From: Lama glama
Taxonomy: Eukaryota
Direction: 5' to 3'
Length of the DNA stretch: 64,000 nucleotides
Assembly (NCBI GenBank): GCA_028534125.1
Contig: CM052816.1
Coordinates: 10,604,001-10,668,000 of the forward strand
The notes under the pieces were generated by a model, which saw only the letters and a program-made list of their open reading frames with translations, had not been told where the DNA came from and made no database searches. Positions 25,254-37,770 of the stretch are shown in pieces. The position numbers and the translations under genes are program-made. Numbering within the stretch: the first letter of the stretch is position 1; the number at the start of each line of letters is the position of its first letter.

Positions 25254-25671
25254 CAGTGGTTCTCTGCCTGTGGTTATTGGAATTAGAATCAAGTGAATTC
25301 ACCTTAGATGCAAAATGTCAAGGGCCACCAAAAAAGAAATCAGTAATCCAAGAAATCATATTTAATGCAGTACTTTTTAAAAATCAAAAACTTATAATGA
25401 ACAAAATACCAAAATGGGAATAAAAACAGGATCTCTGTCTGAAGTCAAGAATGGATCCCTGTTGGGTTCTCTCTCTCTCTGAATGGTACCTTCATTCCAG
25501 CCTGGCACCTGGAGCAGCCTCAGCAGCACCTGGGATGTTCTCAGCAATTCTGATTTTCAGGTGCCACCCGAGGTTTATTCAGTCAAACGCTTTGAGTGCA
25601 GGATCCCACCATCTGTGTTTTAACCAGACCCGCAGATGATGCTGATATGAGTTCAAGTTTGAGAACCACTG
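25254..25671. mobile_element. MER5A-like hAT element, interrupted
   Basis: Terminal inverted repeats cagtggttctc (25254) and gagaaccactg (25671); internal tgttttaac, gatgatgctgat. Confidence 0.75.
25290..25505. mobile_element. MER96B-like hAT element
   Basis: gcaaaatgtcaagggccaccaaaaaa...tcagtaatc...tgaacaaaatacc...aacaggatc match recalled MER96B. Confidence 0.6.
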
Positions 25672-25989
25672 GTCCCATCCAGTGCCTTCACTTGACGGAT
25701 GTGAGGAGGTTACTTGTTACTGCCAGAGCTTGTGACTTCTCTGTGAGTTTGAGGTCCTTCCTGTTCTACTGTATTGCTCCCCCGCCCCTTAACCAGGTGT
25801 GGTTGCCCACTTCCTAATCTGTTCTTGTAAATGGCCAAGCAGGATTTACGAGATTGCCAGGATTTCATTCTGTTTCTTCCTAGGAGGCAGATCAATTTCC
25901 AACCGAAGATCATGGTGTTCTCTGTTGATGGTGACGTACAATCAGATAGAGAAGGAACCACATAAGGTCCCCTGGGAAATTGTTTAGAG

Positions 25990-26165
25990 CAGTGGTTGTC
26001 AACCATGGAAGGATGTTGGAATCAGCCTAGGAGCTTGGGGAAAGTGCTAATGCCCAGACCTCACCCCAACCAAGTAAACTAGAATCTCCAGGGATAGGAC
26101 TTGAGTACTAGTATTTTTTTTTAACTTTTGTGATTGTAATGTATGTCCAAGGTTGAGAACCACTG
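25990..26165. mobile_element. MER5-family hAT element
   Basis: Terminal inverted repeats cagtggttgtcaacc / ggttgagaaccactg. Confidence 0.85.
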
Positions 26166-26229
26166 GGTTGGCAAAAGTGGGAGGAGCCAAGCCTGGTCCA
26201 AGGAGATGCTCAGTGTCACTCTTCACTAA

Positions 26230-27058
26230 TCATAAACTCGACATCATCCTTACCACGTTCCTTGTCCTCATCCTCTAGATCGTTCCACTTCGGAATCCTG
26301 TCCATATGAACTACACTCGGCTCCTAATCCATCTGCTTCTCCATCCCAATAGCCATAGCTCAGAATCAACCCACTATTGTCTCTGGCCTCTGTACCGTAC
26401 TTCCTGTCTGCCGTTGGGCACTTCTTCAATCTCTGCCCCACACTGGAAGCAGAGAAATCATTTTAAACCAATAATCTGACTACATAAGTTGCTCCCTCCC
26501 CCACTTTAAAATATCTCATGGCCTTCCATTGCTCTTAGGCTAAGACAGCCTTCTTAATGTGCCCACCATGGTTCTGGGTGGTCTTAGCCAGCCTATCAGT
26601 CTGCCATACTCTTGCTACATGTCCTGACATATGCTGTTCCCTCTGCCAGGGATGCTCTTTCCTCTCTGCCTTGTTAACCGCGAGACACTTAGATCTCAGC
26701 TGTGGTTTGATGTCTCAGGGAAACCTTCCGTGACCTCTCTGAAGAGGAAAAAATCCTCCTGTCATAATCTTTGTAATTGTGATTTTCCTCAAAGAACAGG
26801 CAGAGGGGGGTTGAAATTCACCTGGGATGAGCCCTCTCGTAAATTCTTATAGCATCCCCTGCTTCTCTATAACAAAAATAGCAGCGGCAATTTTACATTT
26901 ATCCCTGTGGCCATTAAATTCACATATTTATCCTGTGATAGAATTGGTGAAGACAGGGGCCATATCTTCTTCGTTGTTCCATTGAGTCCACAGCAGCTAG
27001 CTGGTGCTGGGAACACAGCAGGTGTTCAGTAAACATTTGCTCAAAGAATGAATGGATA
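26230..27058 (+). mobile_element. L2 3' region
   Basis: tgctgttccctctgccagggatgctct; ends acacagcaggtgttcagtaaacatttgc...gaatgaatg. Confidence 0.8.
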
Positions 27059-27399
27059 AGTGCCTAGAAACTGTGGCAGCCCTGAGTGAGTCATTTTATG
27101 GGCCTGCGGCATAGGAAAGAGCTCAGAAGCAGAGATTCATTTTTGATTTAGGCTCTCGTTCTTTTCAAGCCCCATTCCCTGTGAAAGGCATTTGGCTTCT
27201 TGGCATCAGTCTTTCTCGGAACAGTGTTGTGGGGAGGAAGGGAGGAGGATCAAACTAGGCTTGGAGGCATCCCTCAGGGTCAGTGGGTGATAGGGGAGGA
27301 AATGGGGAAGACCAAAGGAGCCAGAGCAGCGCACTCTCTCTTTGTCTATTTCTGGGTAACAAGAAAGAGTTTCATGCCTAAAAGAAAAATAGTTCAAAA

Positions 27400-28380
27400 A
27401 CCACTGTGTTAGAGGGAATCTAAAAGCCCATCTGGCTGACAAGGAGGCTCAACTCACACAAAGTTCTGAGGAGGCAGAACAGCTGCTGCAGTCAGATTTC
27501 TGGTTTTCTAGAAGGCTGCAAATGGGCATGCCCATTCAGGTGGCTTTTCTTTTCAGGAAAAAAAACCTTGGGAAAATGACACCAGCCAGCAGCCTCCATT
27601 GCATCTGCCCAAGCAAAATACGGTGACAGGCATAAAGATTGAGTCACCCCCCACTTCGGGGGCTGGCAATTTTGTAGGCTTCCCAGATTGTGGGCTCAAT
27701 TAAGGGTGTTTACTGAGAGCACATTCCTGGGTAGGTGGCTCAGTGTCCCAGCTGCAAAGATGATTGAAACACCTGCTTCTTCACTGCGCTCACCTTGATC
27801 CCGAGAGGGCCTCTCCTTGGTGAAGTTCCCCTCCCTCCTCCTCATCTTAGGTCTTTAGGGAAAAACACAATCACAACAAAAGCAAATTTTCTTTTTGTAT
27901 TAATTAAAATGCCTGTCTCAGGAATATGGTAGTATTTCCCCGAGGCCTTTGAATCAGGGAGGCAATGTGAAGGGGGAATTAAAGCTATTTTCTGCAGTAA
28001 TGGGCCTTGCCTCCAGCCGTGTGGGTGGGGGAGGAGGAGGGAGGGAGGGAGGAGGCTGCAGCAGGAGATGGAGCTCTGACTCCCTCCCAGTTTCCCTGGA
28101 GTCCAAGCCAATTATCTGTTTACATTGGGAATTTCCTTTTAGATTGCATTTCAATCAAAGGTTATAGGGCTTTAAAAAAGAAAAAGAGTAGGTCTTGGAA
28201 CCCACCCATCTAGATTATGCAAATAAAAATCCCGCACTTATTTGCCTTAATTACCTGACTGTTTTAGACCTAAGGCTCCTGAGTAATTTCTTTCTTCGTC
28301 CACAGAGATGTTGCTAGGTTTCACTGAAGTGTCTACTTAATCATAGAAATTAAATTCTATCCATTCTAAAAATTTTACCA
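27400..28380. promoter_or_regulatory. Candidate enhancer (repeat-free, motif-dense)
   Basis: FOX TGTTTAC 28117, NF-kB GGGAATTTCC 28127, TCF/LEF ATCAAAG 28154, octamer ATGCAAAT 28217, TAATTA cores; motif evidence only. Confidence 0.4.
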
Positions 28381-28467
28381 CATTGTATTACTGGGTTTGC
28401 CTTTAGCTCAAAATAATGAAACAAGGAGGATAATGCCTCTTTCATTTTTCTCTCTGTCTTTTCAGTT

Positions 28468-28651
28468 CATTGGTTCTCCAGTGTCCACATGCACCAGCAT
28501 CTCCTGCAGGCTTGTTAAAGCAAGGAGAGAGCCAGAGCCAACCCAGAGTTTCCGATTCAATAGGTTGGGAAGACCCGAAAATTTGCATTTCTAATGAGTT
28601 TCTAGGTGATGCTGGTGCCGCTGGTCCAGGTTCTACACGTGGACTTCATTT
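28468..28651. mobile_element. MER5A
   Basis: aatttgcatttctaatgagtttctaggtgatgctggtgccgctggtccagg. Confidence 0.85.
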
Positions 28652-30079
28652 TAATTCAGAAGGGTCCTGGAGGCTGGGGGATCTGGAAGAGTCGAGGAGC
28701 ACAGGGGCTCGTGGAGAAGTAGAGTGAGGGGGGAGGAGAGAGTAGGATGGGGTGGAGAGTGGATCTCTCCTGAGTTTCCTCTCTATTAATGACACCACCA
28801 ACTTGGCCCCAAACTGGAAACATTAGCGTCCACTTCATCTTGTTTCTCATTGTCCTCATGAGTTGCCGTATCTTATCAGTACTCTCTTCCTTTCTATTGC
28901 CTCCTCTCCCACTGAAGTGCAGGCCCTCTGTGTCCCTATAGCTTCCTAATTCATCATTATGCTCCTCCTGAAGTCAGCAAATTGTTACATCCTCTGAACT
29001 CGACTTGCATGTTCACATTTGTGTCTTTACGTACTCTTCCATGCAGACTCTGTCCCAGCCATACCACATGGCTTAGGGGTCCCTGAATATAGCCTATACT
29101 TCTGCACTCTGTTTTTGCTTAACCTAATCCCTGTGACAGTGACTTCCCATAGCCACAGTCCTCCCCATTATGTGAGGCCACGGTTGAGCTTTTCTCCATG
29201 AAGGCTTCCCAGTCTGCCAGTTAGAGTTGATTTCTCCCTCTCTGATGATCTGGTAGCGTTTTTGTTTGTGACTCTGTCACCGACCTGGCTTAACTATATC
29301 CTTAATGAGGACATACTTATGAGCACCCACACACACGTGCTGCTCTCCTCGGTCCTGAAAAATAACTGAAAGTGGTTGTTGATCCTGCTCCCGGGATTTT
29401 GCTGACTGCTGCCAAACACTTACCAAAATTGTCACTGAGTGTTTTCGTTTTTTACCATGATGGAAGAGTTGAGATTTGAACCTTGTCTCAGAACAAATCA
29501 AAACATGACATATTTCACAATTTATGTTGCTGCTTTTAGGAGTGTAGGACTGTTCTATCCATCCACCAGGAACAAATTTTTCCTGCCACCTCTCAAAACT
29601 CCAGAAGAGGAAATTTTGCCCTCCTGTGCCCCTACCCATCTTGTATTATGGTCATGATCCTAACGTCTCCCTTAGTCTGGCCTTAGTTCTATCATCTTGG
29701 GTATATTTTCTCTCTCCTATCTTCTGCGGCTCAGTTTTACTCACCAGAATAGACACTGCATTAGCATTTTCCTCTGAGTCCCCAGAAGATGATCCCTGAT
29801 ATGCAGTAGCTCCTCAGGAAATGTAGAGTTGTAATTATGGGAAGGCAGGTAGGTAGATATCAAAGACAACCTTTATTTCCTTTCCTCTTCTTGACAGAGT
29901 ATCACTATCTGCCTCATGAACTGGGAAGTGCCCAGGTCATGTCTGAATTCAAACCTACCACATTCAGCCTTAGGGAATTCAGTCTCAGACTGCAGAACCC
30001 ATCACAGGTTACATCCCGTGACAGTATCTACATCCTTGGTATCCTGTTCGCAGCAGTGAGTGTGGCTTTTTCCGTAGAC

Positions 30080-30640
30080 AGATCATCTTTTCCTTCGTTC
30101 AACAGTTAAGGGTCAAGTATGACTATGTATTAGAAACTGGGACAAGTACTGGAGATATGATGATGAAAAAGGCATGCACTCTTCTTGTTTAATGTTAATA
30201 CAGATACTGATTACTATGGAAGCATATTGGTGGGAAGTAGAACCCAGTGTGACGATTCAGAAAAGCCTCTCTGAAGAAGTGACATCTAAGTGGAGATGTG
30301 AAGAGTGTGTAGGAGGCAGCTGAAGATGGCAGATAGAGTATTCTGTGTGAAGGGCACAGGATTGTGAAAATCCTAGAGATAAGAGATTGGTGACTTAAAT
30401 CCCTGAGATATCATTGCCTCTAGGAAGTCTCCCCTGGTCCTCCCAGTCTTGAAGTGGAGGCCTCTCCTATATGTTCCCAAGCATAATTCTTCCATTATCA
30501 CTGCCCTTATCACTTTGCATTATAATTACCTATTTACTTGTTGGTCTTTCCCACTAAGTAGTAAAATCCACAGGACAAGTATTATGTCTGTCTTGACCAT
30601 TCCTGCATCTCTTGCAGTTGGCACAGTGCTGGGTATGCAA
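30080..30640. mobile_element. Two L2 fragments in opposite orientation (30080-30380 minus; 30400-30640 plus)
   Basis: cctctctgaagaagtgacatctaag (minus); cctctaggaagtctcccctg...tgtcttgaccattcc...gcacagtgctgg (plus). Confidence 0.7.
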
Positions 30641-30663
30641 CATCTTGAAGGAAATACCCTGCA

Positions 30664-31062
30664 TGTAGCCCTACCACCCACCATTGCTGGGCCTGCCTGC
30701 CAACCATCCATGCCTGAAGTGTGGTCAGAGCAGGCCCTGCAGACAAAAAGTCACAACACCAGGGAATTAACACCCCCAGGAACAGCCCCCGCTAAGGACT
30801 GTAGGGGTTGATGGGTAAATACGACAGCTGCTCTCTTGCCCCTCAGGTGGGATAGCTCTTAGGTGTGTGTCCTACAGCAGGCTTAAGCTCCCTTGGCTCC
30901 CAGCACTAAATCACCTGAAAATGCATTCTTTATTCACTGCCTTTCCTTCCCTTCTTACTTCTCCACTCCTATACCAGTGTTTTCTGGGACCACCTCCCAA
31001 ACAAACCACTTACAATCAGGTCCTTGGCTCAGCATCAGTTTCCAGAGGAAACCAACTAAGAT
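30664..31062 (+). mobile_element. LTR16-family ERVL LTR
   Basis: ggaattaacacccccaggaacagccc, cttgcccctcaggtgggata, ctgggaccacctcccaaacaaaccact, aaccaactaagat. Confidence 0.8.
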
Positions 31063-31679
31063 GGTACCCACCAGGTAATGTGACTTGTGACTCAGCTGCT
31101 TGTTTGCTTTATTAGGCAAGTTATTACCTCTCTGAGCCTTTACCCTGTCCCACCTGCTCCTACCTTGCCAGATTATTGCTTGGCTCTGGTAACATAAGGT
31201 GCAAGAAAACCTGCTTGAGTTATTATATTATATATTAAATATTATATTTATATCACTATATAAATATAATTATATATTATTATATTGTGCCTTGTTGCAT
31301 GTCCATCTAACCCAGCTGGGTCACAGCAGAGTAAGAGTTAAATGGCTGTAAAAATTTTTCTGATTGCCTGTCTTGACCTCAGGAACCCCAAATCTGCTCT
31401 GTTATTCCTGAAATGGGTCCATACCTAGAGGGAAAACACAGTGCTTTTAATGAGACGTAGTTTCCTGCAGGTCACACATAGCTCTGAGGCCCGTTCCTGC
31501 TTCCTGGCTTAAATAGCAGCTCTACTTAATCCATAGAAAATGGCTGCTAACCATTTCAGCATTCAAACAGAGGGAGCCAGAATTTTGTTTGTATATGACT
31601 CCTTCATGGAAACCAGTGTTGGATATTTCTAGTTACTGTGACAGTGACAATGAAGACATTAATAATGAGGAGGGACAAT

Positions 31680-31900
31680 GATGATAGCAAGGGTCCTTTA
31701 TTGAACCCTGCTATGGACTAAGGGCTTCACATCTACTACGAATTTACAGCCTCCAAAAAGTCCTGTAACGTAATTACCCTTATGCTCATTTTCACATGAG
31801 AATGCTGAGGCTTAGAGAAACTAAACTACCCAAGATCAGACAATAGCAACTTACAGAGTTAAACTTGGGTTCTAAATCCCATGTTCTGTGTGATCCTCAT
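31680..31900 (-). mobile_element. MIR SINE
   Basis: ctcattttcacatgagaatgctgaggcttagagaa. Confidence 0.7.
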
Positions 31901-31974
31901 CAGACGCCCCAACATAAGAATACAGAATTAAAGAGTGTGTTGGAGGCAGAGCTACCACACTTTTTCTTGCTCTT

Positions 31975-32544
31975 ACCCCAAGGTAACAGTATCTGTCATA
32001 GTACGCAAGGCTGAATGGGAAGCCTAGGCTTCTACCCTCAAGAGTCTGTAATGAAGTGTCTCAACATCCCGACTCGGATGAGGTCAGAGAAGGCCAAGCA
32101 GGAACCCAGGACTTTTATCCAGCCAGGTGATAATGAGTGCCCCAGCACCGCAGGGCTGGTAAGGACCACACGAGGTATCTGTGATTCCACCTTCATCTGG
32201 CAGTGATGAAGCACCCCTCCTCCTCCCAACCAGGAGTGTGTCATAGGATGCCCAATGAAGAGTCAGGATGTTCACCACCACCCAACAGAAACAAGGCCAG
32301 CTCCTCCCTACATCCCCAACATGATGTCACTGAAAGAAAGCAGAAGGCAGAATTCCTTCCCCTCTCACCCAGGGAGGTATCAGTGGAGGCCTATAGAAAG
32401 TCAGAACTTCCTCTTCCAACCCCTGCTCCTGTCCAGTAGTACTAAAGAATCTTTCCTCTCAGGTGTCAATGGAGGCAAGTGAGAAACCTGGACTTTAACC
32501 CCCAAATGACAGTTGCAAGGCTGCCCTCCTCCCACTTTCCCTTC
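31975..32544 (+). mobile_element. L1MC-type 5'UTR, degenerate tandem array
   Basis: About 6-7 decayed 70-85-nt units (gtcagagaaggcc...caggactt...cagtaatga...cccctcc), directly followed by L1 ORF2. Confidence 0.6.
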
Positions 32545-33530
32545 TGACAGACTTAGGCCTAATATATTAAAGTTATGTTAAATATAAATAGCCTAAATAG
32601 ACAAATTAAAAGATAGAAATTGTCAGAATGGATTAAAAAACATGACACAACTATGATGTCTATAAGAAACTCACTTCAGATATAATAGTATAGGCAGGCT
32701 GAAGGTAAAAGGATGGAAAAAGATGTATCACTCAAACATTAATCAGAAAAAGGAGTGGCTATAGTCTACATCAGAGAAAGTAGACTTTAGAGCAAAGAAA
32801 CTTACAAGAGACAGAAGGGGATGTTATATAATGATAAAAGGATTAATTCACTAAGGGACATAGCAATATGTCCCTAAATATGTACACACCAAACAACACA
32901 GCTGCAAAACATGTTAAGCAAAAATGATATAATTAAAAGCAGAAATAGACAAATACAAAATTACAGTTAGAGGCTTCAACACCCCTTTTTAAACAATTGA
33001 TACAACAACTAGACTGAAAATAATAAGGATATGGAAGAACAAAACAACACCATCAACCGTTGGGGTCTAATTAACATTTATAGGACACCACCAACATCAG
33101 GACACACACTCTTCAAGTACCCATGGAATACAGACCATACTTTATACCATAAATCAACCCTCATCAAATTTAAAAGAATTAAAGTCATGTGGAGGAGTGT
33201 GTTCTCTGACCACAATGGAATCAAACTAGAAATCGATAACAGAAAGATAATAGGAAATTTTCCAAACACTTGGAAGTTAAATAATCCAGGGTCAAAGAGG
33301 AAGTCTCAAGGGAAATAAATATATATTAAATTGAGTGAAAATGAAAATACAACATATCAAAATTTGCGAGACATGGCTGAAACTGAGAAGAAAATTTATA
33401 GTACTAAATTCATACATTAGAAAAAAGAAAAAAATCTCAAACCAATAATCTAAGCTCCTATCCCAATAACCTAGAAAAAGAGGAGCAAAATAAGCCCAAA
33501 TCAAGCAGAAGGAAAAAAAATAGTGATGAT
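32545..33530 (+). mobile_element. L1M ORF2 endonuclease remnant
   Basis: ORF 33031-33318 contains FSDHNGIKLEIDNRK...PNTWKLNN; also gaaactcacttcaga, aaaggatggaaaaagat. Confidence 0.9.
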
Positions 33531-33534
33531 AAGA

Positions 33535-33803
33535 GTTAAGTAGAAGCAAAGCATCCTGTGTGGTTGACTTGGGGAGCGTATTTGGTTTTCTCTGGTTGGT
33601 CCTATGCTGGCAGTAAGGACAAGAAACAGACACTAGGAGTCACTGACGGAGTCACTGACCAAGTCCTGACCATTCTGGGCCATAGGATGCAGAGTTTGTA
33701 GTTTGACTTTCCGGGCTGATTGCTGCAGAAGTTGGGGGTCAGAGTTCTGTTTTCACTGTCAGCCTGAATATTCATTGTCTCAGTTTATATATTCAGTCTC
33801 TCA
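33535..33803 (-). mobile_element. ERV1 LTR fragment (MER89/MER90/MER110-like)
   Basis: Reverse complement starts tgagagactgaatat...agaactctgaccc...tctgcagcaatcagccc; internal 12-bp duplication ggagtcactgac (33636-33659). Confidence 0.65.
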
Positions 33804-33804
33804 A

Positions 33805-34295
33805 TTTGTTTAACATTCTTGAAATGACACAGTTACAGAATTGAAGAGCAGATTTGTGGATGACAGCAGTTAAGGGTGGCATTTAAGGCAGAGGGAAGTA
33901 GGTATGGCTTTAAAAGGGGAACATGAGAGATGGGAAAGTTCTGTATCTTTATTGTGTCAGAATCAATATCCTGTGATTTTATACTATACTTCTGTAATTT
34001 TTTTTAATTGAAGTGTAGTCAGTTTACAATGTTGCGTCAGTTTCTGGTGTACAGCACAATGCTTCAGTTGTACAAGAACACACATATATTTGTTTTCATA
34101 TTCTTTTTCACCATAAGTAACTATAAGATATTGAATATAGTTTCCTGTGCTATACAGTATAAACTTGTTGTTTATCTATGCTGTAGTTTTACAAGATGTT
34201 ACCACTGAGATAAACTGAGTAAAGGGCAAAAGGGCTCTCTCCATATTATTTCTTACAACTGCTTGTGAATTTATAATTATCTCAAAATAAAGGAG
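33805..34295 (+). mobile_element. L1MC1-like 3'UTR, interrupted by young L1
   Basis: taacattcttgaaatgac; aagatgttaccactg...ttatttcttacaactgc...aattatctcaaaataaa. Confidence 0.8.
33998..34177 (-). mobile_element. Young camelid-type L1 3' end
   Basis: T-tract then aattgaagtgtagtcagtttacaatgttg...cctgtgctatacagtat; decayed TSD tatactatacttct / tatgctgtagtttt. Confidence 0.9.
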
Positions 34296-34619
34296 CATAA
34301 TTAAACAAAAAATTCCCAGAGAGAAGAGAACGGTTACCTTCCAAAGAATGACAGTCTGAAAGCTAAATTATCAACAACATTGTGGGCCAGAAAACAATTA
34401 ACTGGAGTAATTGAGTCAAACTTCTGAAGAAAACAATAAATAACTGTCAGCGTAGAGGACTTTATTCAGCTAAACTCTCATTCAGGAGTAAAGGCCAGAT
34501 AGGAACTTCTGATCAAAAGGACTCAGAATTTACCACTTAAGACCTTCCCTAAAAGAAGGATTGAAGTATGAACTGCAGTCAGAAAAAAACTGAACTCTGA
34601 ATAAAGGGAATGATGGAAT

Positions 34620-34800
34620 TACTTACCTCAACAAGTGCTTATAGAGTGCTTACTATGCATGGGGTACTCTGCCCGAGGCTAGACATGACATAGGGAACAA
34701 TACAAGCACAATGTCCTGCCTGTCTTTGTGGGACTTAAAGTTCTAGTGGAAGAAAACATACAAAAAACAAGGAGCGTGCATAAGAAATACCATATTTTAA
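34620..34800 (-). mobile_element. L2 3' end
   Basis: tcaacaagtgcttatagagtgcttactatg...ggacttaaagttctagtgg. Confidence 0.7.
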
Positions 34801-36029
34801 ATGTTCTGAGCTTATACGGGGATCTTTCTAGATGTGAATGGCTTTTTATTTAATCTATTCAGGATTCATGCTCTCTTGAGTTTGAGTACCCATGTAAAAA
34901 AAATTTATCAATCCATCCCTCTCAAATATTGACAGAACTAACAAACACCAAAATTGCTAAGGATAGAGAATGTTTGAATAACACAGTTAGCTAGTGCCAG
35001 GTAACAAACATGTACGTGTATGAGATCTTGTCTCTACAAATTAGAGAAATCAATTCTTCTCAAGCACGTATAAAACTTTACAAAAATTGACTACATACTA
35101 GCCTCTAATGTGAAAAAATACTACAATAATCAGCATCATCGAGACCACAGTAACATAAAGTTAGAGTCAATGAATAAACAAGAGATAATATTCTTTTGTT
35201 TCATATGCAAGTCTCCCTCACCCATTCAGGTGCATGAGAGCCTCCATTCTCTCCCTTGAACCCTCCCCTCACCCCACCTGTCTTTTCACTTGTCTCTTTT
35301 TCTCCTACTCCTGTTCCTAACTTTAATCTTTGTGATTGCTTGTCAATCATCAGGGTTCCCTTCTGGATGAGGCTATCAGGGAGGGGAGGGAAGGTACGAA
35401 GAAGGCGAAGATTAGAGTACTCATGAGACCATTAGCCCATTTATCCTGCCAAAACTGACGTTCTTTGTGCACATCTGATTCATTTTGCTCAAAGGATTTC
35501 CAATTCATTATATTACCAAGGTATCCTTTTCTTACCCTGTGTTCAGTGTGCATTCAACTCTAGTAAGGGAGTTGAGGGTGAGAAAGCATAGATACATGCA
35601 CACAATTTTATTTGTCTCAGAAAAAGTCATACAACAGACTATTCTTAATTTTTTTGTTGTTGAAATACTTTGTAGGTATCTCTCCGTAACAGTAGATACA
35701 AGTCTGCCTCACTTTTTTAAGTGAAAGTATAAAATTCTATTTTTGGATGCCTCAAAGACAAGAAAATCACAAAGCTATATTGAACACAAACAAAATTTAC
35801 GTATGTGATATATATGTAATATTTGTGTATACATGTAATATATATGTATATATGTGATATGTGTGTGTTTGATCTGAGATGGGACATACTATTGGAGGAG
35901 CACACATGTTCAGAAATATCAGAATATTACAAAATATAAATCCTGTCCAAACCTCTTCTCTCTTACTCTCTAATTTTTTTTTTTTGTAGGGATGGGGAGG
36001 TGAAGTGGTATTGATGGGCTGGCAGAGGA

Positions 36030-37770
36030 GGATTCTAAAAACCCACAGTGAAATTCTTTAGGACGAATGAATATGCAAAAATCACCAAGAAAATGTCAAA
36101 AAAGAATATAATGAGAGAGAACTTTGCCTACCTAATCAGAGTACAAAATTAGCCCACATTAAATAAGTCCATATGGCAATGGCACCAGAATACACAAATA
36201 GCTCAATGAACAGAAATATTTTCATATGCATTGTTACTTGGTATATGATCAAAATAATATTTCAAGTTGATAGGAAAGGAATAAATTACTCAGTAAATTG
36301 TGCTGAGGCAGTTAACTAATCAACTGGGCAAAAAAATTAAATTCAATGTTGGATCCTTACCTTACACCGTATACAGAAATTAACTCAAAATGCATCAAAG
36401 ATCTAAATGAAAAACCTAAAACTATAAAACTTTTAGAAGGTAAACCTAGGGGAAAAGCTTCATGACATTGGGTCTGGCTATGATTTCTGGAATATTATAC
36501 CAGAAGCATGGGCGACAAAAACAAAAGTAGATAAATTAAACTACTTTAAAATTAAAAACATCTGCTCATCAAAGGGCACAGTCAATAGAGTGAAAAGACA
36601 ACCTGTAGAATGGGAAGAAATATTGGAAAATCATCTATTTGATAAGGGGGTAATCCAGAGTATATGTAAAAACACCTACACGACTCAACAACACAAAACC
36701 AACAACCCAACGAAAAACATAAGCCAAGGATTTGAATAGACATTTCTGCAGAGAAGATATGCAAATGGCCTACCAGCTCGTGAAAAGATGCTCAGCATCA
36801 TTCATCGTTAGGGAAATGCCAATCAACGCTGCAATGAGATGTCACCTCACACCCATCAGAATGGTTACTATCAAAAAACAGAATCCAAAATGCAAAAAAT
36901 AACAAGTCTTGAATTTGTGGAGAAATTAGAACACTTTAGCATTGTTGGTAGGAATTTGAAATGGCGCAGCCACTGTGGAAAACAGTATGGTGGTTCCTCA
37001 AAAAATTAAAAATAGAATTTCCATGTGATCCAGCAGGACCATTTCTAAATATATATCCAAAAGAATTGAAAGCAGGATCTCAGATATTTATACATTTATA
37101 TTTACAGCAACATTATTCACAGTAGCCAAAAGGTGGAAGCAACCCAAATGTCCATTGCAGATGAATGGATAAACAAAACATGGTCTATACACACAAATTC
37201 AACCTTATAAAGAAGGAAATTTGGATACATGCTACAACATAGAATGACCTTAAAGACATTATACTGAATAAAACAAGCCAGCTACAAAAAGACTAGTATT
37301 ATATGATTTCACTTACATGAGGAAGCAAGAGTAGTCAAACTGATAGAAATAAAAGTAGAATGGTGGTGATGGCCAGAGGCTGGGAGAGGGGTAAACAGGA
37401 GTCGTCATTTCCTGGGTGGAGAATTTCAGTTTTATAAGATGAAAAACCTCCGGAGAGTGTTTGCCTAACAATCACAATATACTTAACACTACCTAACTGC
37501 ACACTCAGTAGAAAACGATGGAGATGGTAAATTTTATGTTATGTGCATTTTATCACAATTAAAAAAAATTGTGAAGATTTTAAATAGAATAACCTGAGAT
37601 CCTTTTACTTCACACACACATTTTCTTAAACAAACAGATAAAGAAAAAACCAAATAAAAAAACCCAAAGGAGTAAAAGACCTAAATGTAAAAAACTATAG
37701 GCTTTTTCTTTAAAAAAAAAAAATTGTGAAGTGTCTTTCTCTACGGAATATTTTTTTTACTTCAAGGATC
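36030..37770 (+). mobile_element. L1MB ORF2 end and 3'UTR (36350-37565) within older L1ME
   Basis: ggatccttaccttacaccgtatacagaaattaactc, gccactgtggaaaacagtatgg, aacccaaatgtccattgcagatgaatggataaac, ggtaaattttatgttatgtg. Confidence 0.9.

Noticed and set aside
31975..32544. Possible CRISPR-like array
   Set aside because: Units are divergent along their whole length, in a mammalian L1 context, with no cas genes
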